Of a stretch of 27,729 bases of DNA, positions 1-9,445 are shown piece by piece. The translations under genes and the position numbers were made by a program. A model generated the notes under the pieces. It made no database searches, was not told the origin of the DNA, and saw only the letters and a list, made by a program, of their open reading frames with translations. Position 1 is the stretch's first letter; each line of letters opens with the position of its first letter. The stretch comes from Acidobacteriota bacterium (GTDB taxonomy: Bacteria; Acidobacteriota; UBA890; WLXD01). The stretch is from NCBI GenBank assembly GCA_965205505.1, contig CBDBHB010000002.1, positions 1-27,729 of the forward strand, in the 5' to 3' direction.

Positions 1-1
1 C

Positions 2-1276
2 GCGAAGACGCCACTGTCGGAGCAGGTACAGAAAGACATCGCTCGCCTTTACGAGGACCAGCGCGACTATCTTCCCGGGCTGACGGCCGAGGAGAAGATC
101 AGCAAGCTCAAGCGCATGAGCTACCAGAGCTACCTCCTCGACGTGGTGAAAGTCGATCCGGGAGTGATTCCCTACTTCAGGAACTCCGGCGACGCGAACG
201 GCGCCGCTGGCATCGACACCTGCAGCGCCTGGGGCGCCCTCCGTTCGAACCAACCCGGTCTCGGCCACCTGGGCTTGGAGACCCCGCCGCGCAACTGGCT
301 CAAGGGTGCCGACAACCCGCTCGAGGGAATCCACTTCCCCGACGGCAATGCCGGCGTGGCGCGGCTCATGGTTCGCTGGTTGATCCCCGCCGCCCTGCCC
401 GGACACACAATGGAGGATTCCGTTGCCGCCCGGGTACGCTACGGCGAGCTCGACAAGGACAGCAACCCGGTGCGCATCCGGCTCAGCAGCACCGTGGTAA
501 GCGCTAGCCACGGCGGCGATCGTCGCACGGCCAGCGATGTACAGGTGACGTATGTGCACAACGGAAAAGCGCACCGGGTGCGTCGCGGCACGTGCGTGAT
601 GGCCGGATACAACTCGATGATTCCGTACCTGTGCCCCGACGTTCCGGATGAGCAGAAAGCGGCGCTCAAGATGGCCGTTCGCAAGCCCTACGTCTACACC
701 AACGTCGTACTTCGCGACTGGAAGGCGTTCCACGAGCTCGGTGTCTCCAACATCAGCTTTCCGGGCGGCTACTACCACACCGTCGGCCTCGACTGGGGGG
801 TGAGCATCGGCGACTACACCTGCGCGCAAAGCCCGGAGGATCCGATGGTCCTTCACCTGAGCCGGAAGCCGAACCGACCGGGCTTACCGGCGCGCGATCA
901 ATTCCGCGCCGGGCGCGAGGAGCTGCTGGCGACCCCGTTCGAGACGGTCGAGCGCGAGACGCGTGAGCAGTTGTCACGGGCGCTGGTCAACAGCGGTTTC
1001 GATCCGGCCCGGGATATCGAAGCGATCACCGTCAACCGCTGGCCGCATGGCTACGCCGGAGCCGGAAACGATCTGTACGACCCGGAATGGAGCTACGACG
1101 AGGCGCCGTGGGTCGTCGGTCGCAAGCGCTTCGGTCGCATTACCATCGCCAATTCCGACGCGGCTGCAGTGTGTCTGACCTCGGCCGCCTTCGATCAGGG
1201 GCATCGCGCTGTTCAGGAGCTACTCACGGACGTCATTCGGCCTGAGTTCCAGTACCCCTGGGCGGAGAGAACCTGA
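2..1276 (+). CDS. Spermidine dehydrogenase (SpdH)-like FAD-dependent oxidoreductase, 5'-truncated by the window edge
   Basis: Frame is open from base 2 (AKTPLSEQVQKDIARLYEDQRDYLPGL...). Motifs HFPDGNAGVARLMVR, FDPARDIEAITVNRWPHGY and GRITIANSDA are typical of SpdH-like flavoproteins. Confidence 0.8.
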   Translation, partial: AKTPLSEQVQKDIARLYEDQRDYLPGLTAEEKISKLKRMSYQSYLLDVVKVDPGVIPYFRNSGDANGAAGIDTCSAWGALRSNQPGLGHLGLETPPRNWLKGADNPLEGIHFPDGNAGVARLMVRWLIPAALPGHTMEDSVAARVRYGELDKDSNPVRIRLSSTVVSASHGGDRRTASDVQVTYVHNGKAHRVRRGTCVMAGYNSMIPYLCPDVPDEQKAALKMAVRKPYVYTNVVLRDWKAFHELGVSNISFPGGYYHTVGLDWGVSIGDYTCAQSPEDPMVLHLSRKPNRPGLPARDQFRAGREELLATPFETVERETREQLSRALVNSGFDPARDIEAITVNRWPHGYAGAGNDLYDPEWSYDEAPWVVGRKRFGRITIANSDAAAVCLTSAAFDQGHRAVQELLTDVIRPEFQYPWAERT

Positions 1277-1464
1277 GCGGGATTCGGAGCATCCGGCTCC
1301 CGGGAGTGCCCGCGGAGATAAGCGCAAGGACGGGCACGCAGTCGTAGCGACGTGTAGTCGTGCTGACAGGAGCACCGGCCAAAACGCTTGGGCTCGCTGT
1401 GCGTTCGCATTAGCTTAGTAGTGAAGCTCCCCTCGGCACTCGATTCACGAATGGAGAGTCGGCC

Positions 1465-2559
1465 TTGACCCTCGACGCCTCGCTACGTATCGCCGCTTTG
1501 GTGACGGTCACGCTGCTACCGGCCAACGCTGCTGCCCAGTGCCTCGTCTCGGAAGCCGACATCGTGAGCGGCGCCGCGCGCGACGCCATCCCTGCGCTGA
1601 CCAACCCGGAGACGATTTCCGCCGCCGAAGCCGACCTCCTCCTAGCACCCACCGACACGGTGCTCGGCGTGGTCCAAAACGGCGAGGCGCGAGCGTATCC
1701 GATGCGCGTTCTGTGGTGGCACGAGATCGTCAACGACGTCCTCGGCGGTGTCCCGATCGCGGTGAGCTATTGCCCGCTCACCGGCAGCAGCTTGGTATAC
1801 GACCCCGTCCTCGACGGCCAGCACATGATCTTCGGTACGTCCGGTCTACTGTTCGACAACAACCTCATCATGTACGACCGAACGTCGCTGAGTCTATGGT
1901 CGCAGATGATGGTGAGCGGCATCTGCGGGTCGTACATCTCGCACCGGCCAAGTCTCTACCCTGTCACGGAGACCACATGGGCAGGCTGGAAGGCGATGCA
2001 TCCCGACACCACGGCGATCAGCTTCGACACCGGCTACTCGCGCGACTCCGACCGCTATCCATACGGCGACTACGATACCGTCAGCAGTACACGGCTCCTT
2101 TTCCCGCACAGCTTCATGGACGACCGTCTCCCGCTCAAGGCGCTGGTACACGGGATCGCGCACGACGGCACGGCGCGAGCCTATCCGCTCGATGATCTGA
2201 CCGCCTCGGAGAGTCGCGTGGCGTTGAACGATCAGATCAACGGGCGTGCCTTGCTGGTGGTAGTCGACCGCGTCCGCGGTATGGTCGTCTCCTTCGATCG
2301 CCGGGTTCGATTCCGTAACAAGAAGGGAAAGTGGAAAACGAAGAAGTTCTTCTTCGATGTCGTCGATGGCGAAGGGTTTCCGTTTCTCCTCAAAGACCGC
2401 CAAACGGGGTCTACCTGGAACCTGCAGGGTGTGCCCGTCGGCGGTGAGCTCGTCGACAATGTGGAGGACGGAGGCCTGCCGCGAATCGCCGACGCATACA
2501 ACGCGTTCTGGTTCGGCTGGGCGTCGTTTAATCGCGACACTCAGATCTACGAGCAGTAG
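1465..2559 (+). CDS. DUF3179 family exported protein
   Basis: Signal-peptide-like N-terminus. Motifs RDAIPALTNP, ARAYP..L.WHEIVND, VSYCPLTGS, FGTSGLL..NNLIMYDR.S.SLWSQ and C-terminal FWFGW.SF. The TTG start is uncertain. Confidence 0.85.
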   Translation: MTLDASLRIAALVTVTLLPANAAAQCLVSEADIVSGAARDAIPALTNPETISAAEADLLLAPTDTVLGVVQNGEARAYPMRVLWWHEIVNDVLGGVPIAVSYCPLTGSSLVYDPVLDGQHMIFGTSGLLFDNNLIMYDRTSLSLWSQMMVSGICGSYISHRPSLYPVTETTWAGWKAMHPDTTAISFDTGYSRDSDRYPYGDYDTVSSTRLLFPHSFMDDRLPLKALVHGIAHDGTARAYPLDDLTASESRVALNDQINGRALLVVVDRVRGMVVSFDRRVRFRNKKGKWKTKKFFFDVVDGEGFPFLLKDRQTGSTWNLQGVPVGGELVDNVEDGGLPRIADAYNAFWFGWASFNRDTQIYEQ

Positions 2560-2567
2560 TGGGCGTA

Positions 2568-2996
2568 TCAAACATCATCGGTGCTCAGGACGTCAGCGTC
2601 GGCTATGGCCAATTGCTGTCCGCTCCGTAGGCGGCGATAGTCGTCGCGATCGACGACCAACACCGGCAACTTGGTGTCGTAAAGCTCTCGGGCGATCATG
2701 GCCGCCACCAGGATGGTGACGTTGGGCTCCGGCAGAATCACGGCGGCGGGGCCGTTACCGAGCTGAATAGCGTCGGCCAGCGCGCCTGGGGAACTGGTGC
2801 TGCCGCGCGTGCCCGGCATGACCAGGATTCTCCCGGCGACACATTCGCCAAGCTGTGGATGATGCTCATCCACGATGCGGCCGGATTTGGGATCGAGGCC
2901 TCCCCAGAAGCTCAGCGGTTCTTCCAGGACAAGCGTCTCACCTCCGCACTCGCCGTCGAGGAGGATCTCGGTGGCGCGCAAGACCTCAGCAGCCAT
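2568..2996 (-). CDS. Aconitase X small (swivel, DUF126) subunit
   Basis: PLSFWGGLDPKSGRIVDEHHPQLGECVAGRILVMPGTRGSTSS motif. The ATG at 2996 overlaps the end of the upstream AcnX large subunit. Confidence 0.88.
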   Translation of the reverse strand: MAAEVLRATEILLDGECGGETLVLEEPLSFWGGLDPKSGRIVDEHHPQLGECVAGRILVMPGTRGSTSSPGALADAIQLGNGPAAVILPEPNVTILVAAMIARELYDTKLPVLVVDRDDYRRLRSGQQLAIADADVLSTDDV

Positions 2997-4245
2997 CGGC
3001 CCAGAACTCGGTATCGGAGGTAATGCGGCCGCTCGCAGCGGCTCGCACACAGTCTTCCAGGCTCGCGAACGTCGGCCGCGATCCCAGTCCACCAGGTGCG
3101 TAGTAAGCCCACTTGGCGGAGTTGGTCACCACGCGCCCGTCGCAGCCCGAGACCAAGGGAGCGTAGTAGGTGCATCGCCCGGTCACGGGCGTCGCCCCGG
3201 CGGCACGCAGCAGATCGAGCCAACCGCGGTCCTCGATCTCCCCGAGTACATGGTCGCTTGTCGATATGTAGAACTGGACGCCTTCAGCGACGTGAACCCT
3301 CTCGAGCAACGGCATCAGCTGTTCGAACTCGGCGAGCGAGAAGTGCGGTGTCCCGAGGCACACCGCCCCGACGTGTCCGCGGCCCCCAGCTCCGAGCCGC
3401 TCGGCCGCCGCCCGGAGGTCGTCCGGGCCGACACAAACCCGAGAGCTCGCGGGTCGTCCCTGGGTCGCTTCTGCCAGCGTTGTGGCTTCCGGCGTAATGC
3501 CGACGGCGTGGAAGAGCTTCAGCGAGCCTGAAGCCGCACCGGAAGATCCGATGGCTCGGAGCTGCTCGGTGCTCGCAGTCGACGGCAAGCCGACGATCGC
3601 CGGGATTTGATCGCCGACAGTTCGCCCGACGAGAAAGCCGAGCACGTGAAAGAAGCGGTCGTCGCCGAGCCAGGTCGCGGGGAGATGCTCCAGCTCCACC
3701 ACAACGGTCGCACGGCGGTTCTCCGTCCGATGCAGCCCGGTGTCTGGAGCACGACCGGTGATCGCCGCGCACATATCCAGGAACTCCACGTAGGCGTTCG
3801 TCCGCGCGCCCAGAATCGAGTTGGCATAGGCCACCGCGCTCGACTCGGTCCATGCGACGTGCTCGCCTCGCTTGGGCTCGGCCCGCACGTGATAGGGAGC
3901 ACAGGTCATCGTGGGGCGACAACCCATCTGCTCGTAGAGCTCGATCAGACGGAGGCTCGCATTCCTGTCGGCCGGCTCGGAGTCCGCGAGTCGTTGCAGG
4001 TTCAAGGAGCAGCTGGTCAGCGTGGTCGGCACGGCAACCCGCGTACCGAGCTCGATGAGCTTTTCCGCAAAGTCGATGTTTGCCTGGCCATTATTGTAGG
4101 AGCTACCGACGTGCGCCCAAGTGATGTCGATCAATCGTGGCGCACGCGTCGCTTCCGCCACTCGGACGATAAGGCGCATGGCGAACTGAGCACCGGCTCC
4201 GTTGCCGCCTGTCAGTGTTGCCTGATCGGCAGCCGTGAGCTCCAT
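2986..4245 (-). CDS. Aconitase X large (catalytic, DUF521) subunit; cis-3-hydroxy-L-proline dehydratase-like
   Basis: Motifs LIDITWAH, MGCRPTMTCAPY, GEHVAWTESSAVAYANSILGARTN, LFHAVGITPEA, CLGTPHFS and TNSAKWAYYAPG. Confidence 0.9.
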   Translation of the reverse strand: MELTAADQATLTGGNGAGAQFAMRLIVRVAEATRAPRLIDITWAHVGSSYNNGQANIDFAEKLIELGTRVAVPTTLTSCSLNLQRLADSEPADRNASLRLIELYEQMGCRPTMTCAPYHVRAEPKRGEHVAWTESSAVAYANSILGARTNAYVEFLDMCAAITGRAPDTGLHRTENRRATVVVELEHLPATWLGDDRFFHVLGFLVGRTVGDQIPAIVGLPSTASTEQLRAIGSSGAASGSLKLFHAVGITPEATTLAEATQGRPASSRVCVGPDDLRAAAERLGAGGRGHVGAVCLGTPHFSLAEFEQLMPLLERVHVAEGVQFYISTSDHVLGEIEDRGWLDLLRAAGATPVTGRCTYYAPLVSGCDGRVVTNSAKWAYYAPGGLGSRPTFASLEDCVRAAASGRITSDTEFWADGC

Positions 4246-4249
4246 TTGG

Positions 4250-4528
4250 TTAGTGGTCTGTAACAGGGGAATCGATAGCGCCGCAGGTGGGATTTGCGGG
4301 CGGGATCAAGGCGCGGCGAGGCTGGCGATGCCGCGGCGCATCGTCGACGAGGCGCAACGCCGAGATCGCCCGCAAATGCCCATCTGTCCGCAGGATGGCG
4401 TCGAGATGAGGCCGTCTGCGGCGTTGCTCCTCCTCGAGGATGCACCAATATCCACTCGTCGGCGCGCCTTGCATCCGACCCCATTTCGCCACCACGGCAC
4501 TATCGATTCCCCTGTTACAGGCCACTAG
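4250..4528. repeat. 279-bp cruciform MITE-like element, copy A
   Basis: TTAG...CTAG ends. 33-bp terminal inverted repeat (4251-4283 / 4495-4527, 2 mismatches). Two internal inverted units carrying the AAGGCG...hairpin...AACGCCG core. Confidence 0.85.
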
Positions 4529-5859
4529 TAATACTCGAGATAGCGGTCAATCTCCCACTCTGAGACGTGACGCTGGTACTCGCCCCACTCCATGCCCTTG
4601 ACCTTGAGGAACTCGTCGATGAACGCAGCGCCGAGCTGATCGCGGAACAGCGAGTCAGCCTCGAGGGCGTCGAGTGCGGCGCGCAGGCTCTGCGGCAGAA
4701 TGCCGACACCGAGCTTCACGAGATCGTCGATCGGTGTCGTGTAGTGGTTGAAGTTCTGGGGCTCACCTGGATCGAGCCCACGATCGATTCCGTCGAGGCC
4801 CGCGGCGACGATCGCGGCCGTGGCAACATACGGATTACAGCTGCCGTCCGGCAAGCGCAGCTCGAGCCGACCGTGCGGTACGCGCACCATGCTCGAGCGG
4901 TTGTTGTCGCCATAAGAGATGTAGGCTGGCGCCCATGTGGCCCCCGAAAGCGTGTTGCCAACGACGAGGCGCTTGTAGGAATTGACCGACGGTGCACAGA
5001 GCGCCGCCAGAGCCGGGGCGTGCTCTAGCAGCCCGCCCAGAAAGCTGTATGCGAGGCTCGACAGACCGAGGTTACGCTCGTCCGATTCGTCGCCGAACAG
5101 CGGCGTACCATCGCCGTCGTCGATCGACATGTGGAAATGCGTGCCGCTCCCGGTTCGCCGCGTCGCCGGCTTAGGCATGAACGAGCAAATAATGCCGAGC
5201 TCTCTGGCGATCTCGCCAGCCGCCATGCGGAAGAACACGTAGCGATCGGCGGAGGTCATCGCCTCCGTGTAGGTGTAGTTGATCTCGAACTGGCCGTTGC
5301 CGTCCTCGTGATCGATCTGGTACACGTCGAAGCCCACCGATACCAGCGCGTCGACGAGCTTTTCGATAAAGGCTGTGCTCCTCGACAAGCCTTTGTAGTC
5401 GTAGCACGGCTTGTCGAGCCGGTCCGTGGGATCCGCAGGGCCGAGCGAGCCATCCTCTGCGCGCCGCAGCAGCATGAACTCGGGCTCAATGCCGGTGTTG
5501 AGCGTCCAGCCGCGATCTGCCAGGCAAGCTAGTTGCTGACCGGCAATGTGACGCGTGTCCAGCGGCCAGGGTTCGCCGCTCACATGGCCGACGCAGACGA
5601 CACGCGCGAAACCCTCCTGCCAGGGCACCAGGCTCAGCGTCGACGGGTCCCCCACCGCCATGAAGTCGGGGTCGTGCGGCTCCTGGCCGAGGCCCCAGAC
5701 GGCAAAACCCGCGAAGCCGGCGCCGTCGGTGAGAACGTCCTCGTAGTGACTCGCCGGAACCGCTTTTGTCTTCGCCACCCCATGAATGTCGACGAACTGC
5801 GCCAGAACGAACTTCACCCCGTTCTTCTCGAAGAAGGATGCCGCGTCTTTGCCTGTCAT
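4525..5859 (-). CDS. glnT: Type III glutamine-synthetase-like ligase (GlnT / gamma-glutamylmethylamide synthetase GmaS-like)
   Basis: [75 protein letters not shown] and [17 protein letters not shown] at 5859 has a GGTGGAG SD; the ORF-track extension to 6006 reads through a repeat. Confidence 0.88.
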   Translation of the reverse strand: MTGKDAASFFEKNGVKFVLAQFVDIHGVAKTKAVPASHYEDVLTDGAGFAGFAVWGLGQEPHDPDFMAVGDPSTLSLVPWQEGFARVVCVGHVSGEPWPLDTRHIAGQQLACLADRGWTLNTGIEPEFMLLRRAEDGSLGPADPTDRLDKPCYDYKGLSRSTAFIEKLVDALVSVGFDVYQIDHEDGNGQFEINYTYTEAMTSADRYVFFRMAAGEIARELGIICSFMPKPATRRTGSGTHFHMSIDDGDGTPLFGDESDERNLGLSSLAYSFLGGLLEHAPALAALCAPSVNSYKRLVVGNTLSGATWAPAYISYGDNNRSSMVRVPHGRLELRLPDGSCNPYVATAAIVAAGLDGIDRGLDPGEPQNFNHYTTPIDDLVKLGVGILPQSLRAALDALEADSLFRDQLGAAFIDEFLKVKGMEWGEYQRHVSEWEIDRYLEYY

Positions 5860-5872
5860 GGTCTCCACCGAT

Positions 5873-6147
5873 TTAGCAGGGTGCTCAAGAAAACTCTGGC
5901 GGGTCTGGTGCGTGGCTCTTGCTGGCCAGATCAAGGAAGAGCGACGATGGCGATGCCAGGGCGCATCGTCGAGGAGCTGTAACGCTGAGATCGTCGGCAA
6001 CCCCAACGCCCTGAAGAGTTACGGGGTCTTGCGGCGATCTGCCTCGTTGAGCCCCCTGGACGATACAACAAGCATCGCCTGCGTCGTGCCGCCAACGGGC
6101 GAGGCTTGGTCTGATCCGCGCCGCGTTCCCCGTTGCCAGCGCGCTAG
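5873..6147. repeat. ~275-bp degenerate cruciform element, copy C
   Basis: TTAG...CTAG bounded. Unit 1 is gatcAAGG...CGATGccagggcgCATCG...AACGCTGAGATc. An inverted unit 2 reads CGATGcttgttgTATCG...AACGAGGCAGAT on the minus strand. Terminal repeats are poorly matched. Confidence 0.7.
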
Positions 6148-6910
6148 AAGGGCACGATGAGGCGCAGGTTGGCCGCCATTTTGCGGCTGGCAACGAGCGG
6201 CGTTCCATCTCCGAGCATGACGCGGTAACGGCCCCCGAACCAGCGCTGGATCTCGCGCACGTGGCCGATGTTGACCAGCGTGGCCCGATGGATGCGGATG
6301 AACTGTGCTGTGGGTCGAGCCGACGGGCCAGTTGCACCAAGGTGAAGTCGACGATGTGGCTCTTGGCCGCCGTGGTGGCCGCGTAGACCAGCTTGTCCTG
6401 AGCGTAGAAGTGGGTCACCTCTTCGACCGGTAGCACCAGCGTACGGTCGCCGATGCGGATGCCCAGCCGGCGCAAGAATCCCTCCGCAGCGGCAGGCGTC
6501 GATCTCTCCACCAGACGTTGTACTCGCTCGAGGAGTTCCGCCTGGCGCTGTCCGGAGTGGTATCGACGGACCTTTTCGAGCGCCCGTCCGAGCCCCTCGG
6601 AATCGACCGGCTTGAGTAGATAATCAACGCTTGCTACTTGAAACGCCTCGAGTGCGAACTCGTCGTAAGCGGTGGTGAATATCACCAGCGGGCTTTCTTC
6701 GAGCTCGCGCAGCAGGTCGAAGGCGGTGGCACCGCGGAGCCGAATGTCGAGCAGCAGCAGGTCGGGATGGGAAGCGGCAATGACCGAGATAGCGGCGGCC
6801 ACGGTGTCAGCCTCGCCGACGATCTCGACGTCCGGGTGCTTCGACAGCAACCGGCGCAGTCGCAGTCGCGCCGGCGGCTCATCGTCGATAATCACCGCCC
6901 GGAGCGTCAT
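6144..6910 (-). pseudogene. LytTR-family response regulator with a frameshift near 6305-6312
   Basis: Receiver domain (VIIDDEPPAR, LLLLDIRL, FTTAYDEFALEAF, DYLLKP). The LytTR tail FIRIHRATLVNIGHVREIQRWFGGRYRVML...PF* continues in another frame after ...RRLDP and stops at TAG 6144-6146. Could be a sequencing error. Confidence 0.85.
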
Positions 6911-8051
6911 CGAAGCTCCTCGCACGGTAGCTCCAGCACAACGATCGTCCGTTGCAGGGTTTCGTCGCGCCGCGCCGCGCCCAGTAGGGCGCGCCCTTGT
7001 AGTGGAGCGCCAGTTGCTCACGGACGAGTCGCATTCCGCTGCCGCCCTCTGAGCCAACCGGTTCGTCTGCTCGGGCGGCGCAGGCAAACCCCGGCCCATT
7101 GTCGCGGATCTCGATCCGTACCGTATCGCCGTCGGCCCGCACCAGGATCTCGACCTCACCGCGACCCGCCGATCGCGAAGCGCCATGCTTGACCGCGTTT
7201 TCGACCAGCGGCAGCAGGAGCATGCCCGGCACCGCGATGCCGGCCAACTCGTCGGGACAGTCGATGCGAGACCAGAGCTGGTCACCGAACCGGTGTTGCT
7301 CGATGCTCAGATAGTCGGCGACGGCATCGAGCTCGCTGCGCAGGGAAACGGACTCGGCCTCGCCGACCTGAAGCGCCTGCCGGAAGTGGCGTGATAGCGC
7401 CAGGGTCATGCGCTCGGCTCGCTCGGGATCCTCACGAATCAGGGCGGTCAAGGTGTTGAGAGCATTGAATAGGAAATGCGGTCGGACAAGGGATCGGAGT
7501 CGAGCCATCTCGGCCGTCTGACGCTGCAGCGACAAATCACGCTGTCGCAGGCGCGACGCATGCAAAGCGGTAAGGGCGTGATCGATACGCTGCTTCTCTG
7601 CCGCCACCCGCCAGAGTCCGGCGCCGAACAACAAGGCGATCGGAGCGGTGACGGTGAGCAGCCGCGGGATGGAATAGGCAGCGAGACCCGTATCGGCAGA
7701 AATCAGGCCCCAGCGGCCGATCAGTCCCAGGACGGCGTGAAGGGAGATCGCGGTCAGCACCAGCGTTGGCAGGCTCGGCAGCACCAACGCCAGAGCCTCG
7801 TGCGCTGTGCCCGGCGCGCGCACCAGGCGACGGCTCAGCAGGAACACCGCTGCGATGGCGACGCAGGTCAGGTTACTGAGCCCCGCCGCCACCACCAGGA
7901 TACGCAGCAGGTTGCCGGGTCCACGCGGTATCGAGGTGGCGAAGATCACCAGAGCCAGCAACGGCACAACGAGCACATTGACGCGTCCCAGGACCCTCAA
8001 GACGATCACCAGATCACGTCGCCCGCCGGGGATCGCTTCGGGGATGACCAT
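6879..8051 (-). CDS. LytS/YehU-type membrane sensor histidine kinase, probably frameshifted near the C-terminus
   Basis: N-terminal TM helices; RPHFLFNALNTL, ELDAVADYLSIEQHRFGD, LLPLVENAVKHG, IRDNGPG and GSGMRLVREQL. An alternative frame from ~6990 gives ...RTIVVLELPCEELR* ending at 6907 with an ATGA overlap onto the regulator. Confidence 0.85.
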   Translation of the reverse strand: MVIPEAIPGGRRDLVIVLRVLGRVNVLVVPLLALVIFATSIPRGPGNLLRILVVAAGLSNLTCVAIAAVFLLSRRLVRAPGTAHEALALVLPSLPTLVLTAISLHAVLGLIGRWGLISADTGLAAYSIPRLLTVTAPIALLFGAGLWRVAAEKQRIDHALTALHASRLRQRDLSLQRQTAEMARLRSLVRPHFLFNALNTLTALIREDPERAERMTLALSRHFRQALQVGEAESVSLRSELDAVADYLSIEQHRFGDQLWSRIDCPDELAGIAVPGMLLLPLVENAVKHGASRSAGRGEVEILVRADGDTVRIEIRDNGPGFACAARADEPVGSEGGSGMRLVREQLALHYKGAPYWARRGATKPCNGRSLCWSYRARSFDDAPGGDYRR

Positions 8052-8065
8052 GTCCTGTGCTGCCT

Positions 8066-8130
8066 CTAGTGGCCTGTAACAGATGATCGTTGCATATCGT
8101 GGTGGCGAAATGGGTGCGGATGCCAGGCGC
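8066..8130 (+). repeat. Truncated end of the cruciform element family (copy-A type)
   Basis: CTAGTGGCCTGTAACAG...CGTGGTGGCGAAATGGG..CGGATGC.AGGCGC matches the reverse complement of 4464-4528. Confidence 0.8.
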
Positions 8131-8154
8131 TTATCAATACAATAACGAGAGGCC

Positions 8155-9231
8155 TCAGCGCCGGGCAATCAGGCGCTGGTACTCGCCAAAGGCGGGTTTT
8201 CGACGCCAGGTATCGCGCTCGATCAGGCCCTCGCGGCGAAAGATGGGGGCAAGGTTGGGATTCTCGATCAGGGAGGCCCAGAACGCCAGATCCACCCCGC
8301 GCTGCCGCGACGTGCGCATTCGCGGTGCAAGGTCGGCTGCCTGGGCCTGTTCCGACCAGGTAACAATGTGCGGGTCGGGACCAGCGATCTCGGTGGCGGC
8401 CAGCAAACCGCTCCAGCGCCGGCGCACCCAGCGCACCTTTCCCCCGACTTGGTCGAGGTCGTGTCGCAGGTGGACGTCAGCCCAGTCGGCGACTCCTTCG
8501 GCAAGCAGGCGGTCATTCCAGCTCACCGCGGCGCTCACACCTTGCTGCACCTGCTCCATCGAGCCGAAGAGATGCCCCCGAGGGCCACCCCGATGCCCGG
8601 GTCGACTCGCTTCACCGCCTCGTGGCCCAGCGCCACCATGTCCAGGTACTGTTCACCGGTGCCGTGCCAGAAACGGGCCTCACGATCGGGTGGAAAAAAA
8701 TCGCGCGGGTTCACCTCGTTGCCGAACTGGACGATCAACCAATCTCCCGGATCACGCCCGTTGCGACCCACGGTTCGAGCCAGTCGACCGACGGCGTTCT
8801 CCACCAGGGCCTGGTAACGGTCCGGGTCCGCGGGTGGGAACCCACCCCGCGGACCCGCAGCTTAGCCGACTGTGCCGTTCTCGAGGATATTCGCCGGAGC
8901 GCTGCAGCTCCGCAGCTATCTGCCGGATCATGACCAGCTTGTTGGTCCAGCCCTTCTCTCCGAGCTTCAACCCCACTCGTGCCCATCCGACGCCCAGATC
9001 TACAAGCGCCTCTCGGGCACGCATGTCGACGCCGATGTCGACGATCCCCCATTGCTGCGAACGTGGCACCGTGGGCACGGGACCAACGCGCAGGCCACGG
9101 CCTGCTAGATCTCCACTCGCTTCCTTGGCAGCCGGCTGTCCGCTTCTCGCCGCCCTGGGTGCCGGAGCGGCCATGGTACATGAGAGCACCATCAAACCTG
9201 CCAACATCGTGTTCGCTCGCCCGTTTCTCAT
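8155..9231 (-). pseudogene. Exported clan GH-A (GH5/GH39-like) glycoside hydrolase, broken over three ORFs
   Basis: Signal peptide and LGVGWARV (from 9231). GFPPADPDRY...QFGNEVN (acid/base motif) and AVKRVDPGIGVALGG (8850-8560). DVHL...ATE (nucleophile) ...GLI...KPAF (8559-8155). Frame breaks at ~8850-8900 and ~8561. Confidence 0.7.
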
Positions 9232-9328
9232 TCGCTCGCCCTCTTGCCGTTGTTGCGCACCGACCGGTGCGATCGGGGAGATCAGACACCCTCACGGTAC
9301 GAGAGAGCGGGCGGTTCCATCAGCCTTT

Positions 9329-9361
9329 GCGGACGAAGTGCAAGGAAACGCTGACCAACGG
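9329..9361 (-). promoter_or_regulatory. Candidate LytTR (AlgR-like) binding-site pair
   Basis: Minus-strand CCGTTGGTCAGC and CACTTCGTCCGC repeated with a 21-bp period, ~100-130 bp upstream of the hydrolase ATG. Resembles the AlgR consensus ACCGTTCGTC. Confidence 0.55.
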
Positions 9362-9404
9362 GGGTAAGGCCCTGCTGAGAGGGAGCGCGTGATCTACTCT
9401 TTGA

Positions 9405-9430
9405 CCCATCCTTCCACCACGCCCTGCTAG
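9405..9430 (-). repeat. Isolated terminal repeat of the cruciform family (copy-B type)
   Basis: Reverse complement CTAGCAGGGCGTGGTGGAAGGATGGG resembles the copy-B end CTAGCAGGCCGTGGTGAAAGTGTGG. Confidence 0.6.
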
Positions 9431-9445
9431 GACTCGTCGCCCGCC

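Noticed and set aside
1465-2559. Selenoprotein form of DUF3179
   Set aside because: No in-frame TGA; the motif has Cys (SYCPLT).
4212-4563. Several short ORFs on both strands
   Set aside because: All lie within palindromic copy A and show no protein motifs.
5860-6006. 49-aa N-terminal extension of GlnT in the ORF track
   Set aside because: It is translated from repeat copy C. The ATG at 5859 has a good SD and matches the family start.
6300-6315. Programmed frameshift in the LytTR gene
   Set aside because: No slippery heptamer; a CA dinucleotide slip or sequencing error is the simpler explanation.
5885-7285. 466-aa response regulator ORF
   Set aside because: An artefact of an upstream out-of-frame overlap with the kinase plus read-through after the frameshift. 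The real gene is about 6144-6910.
9095-9108. 14-bp match (CCACGGCCTGCTAG) to the copy-B terminus
   Set aside because: It lies inside the hydrolase reading frame with no further similarity, so it may be chance.
8090-9367. 425-aa plus-strand ORF and similar long antisense ORFs (11129..12088, 22155..23282)
   Set aside because: Arg/Pro-rich shadow frames opposite recognisable genes, expected in high-GC DNA.
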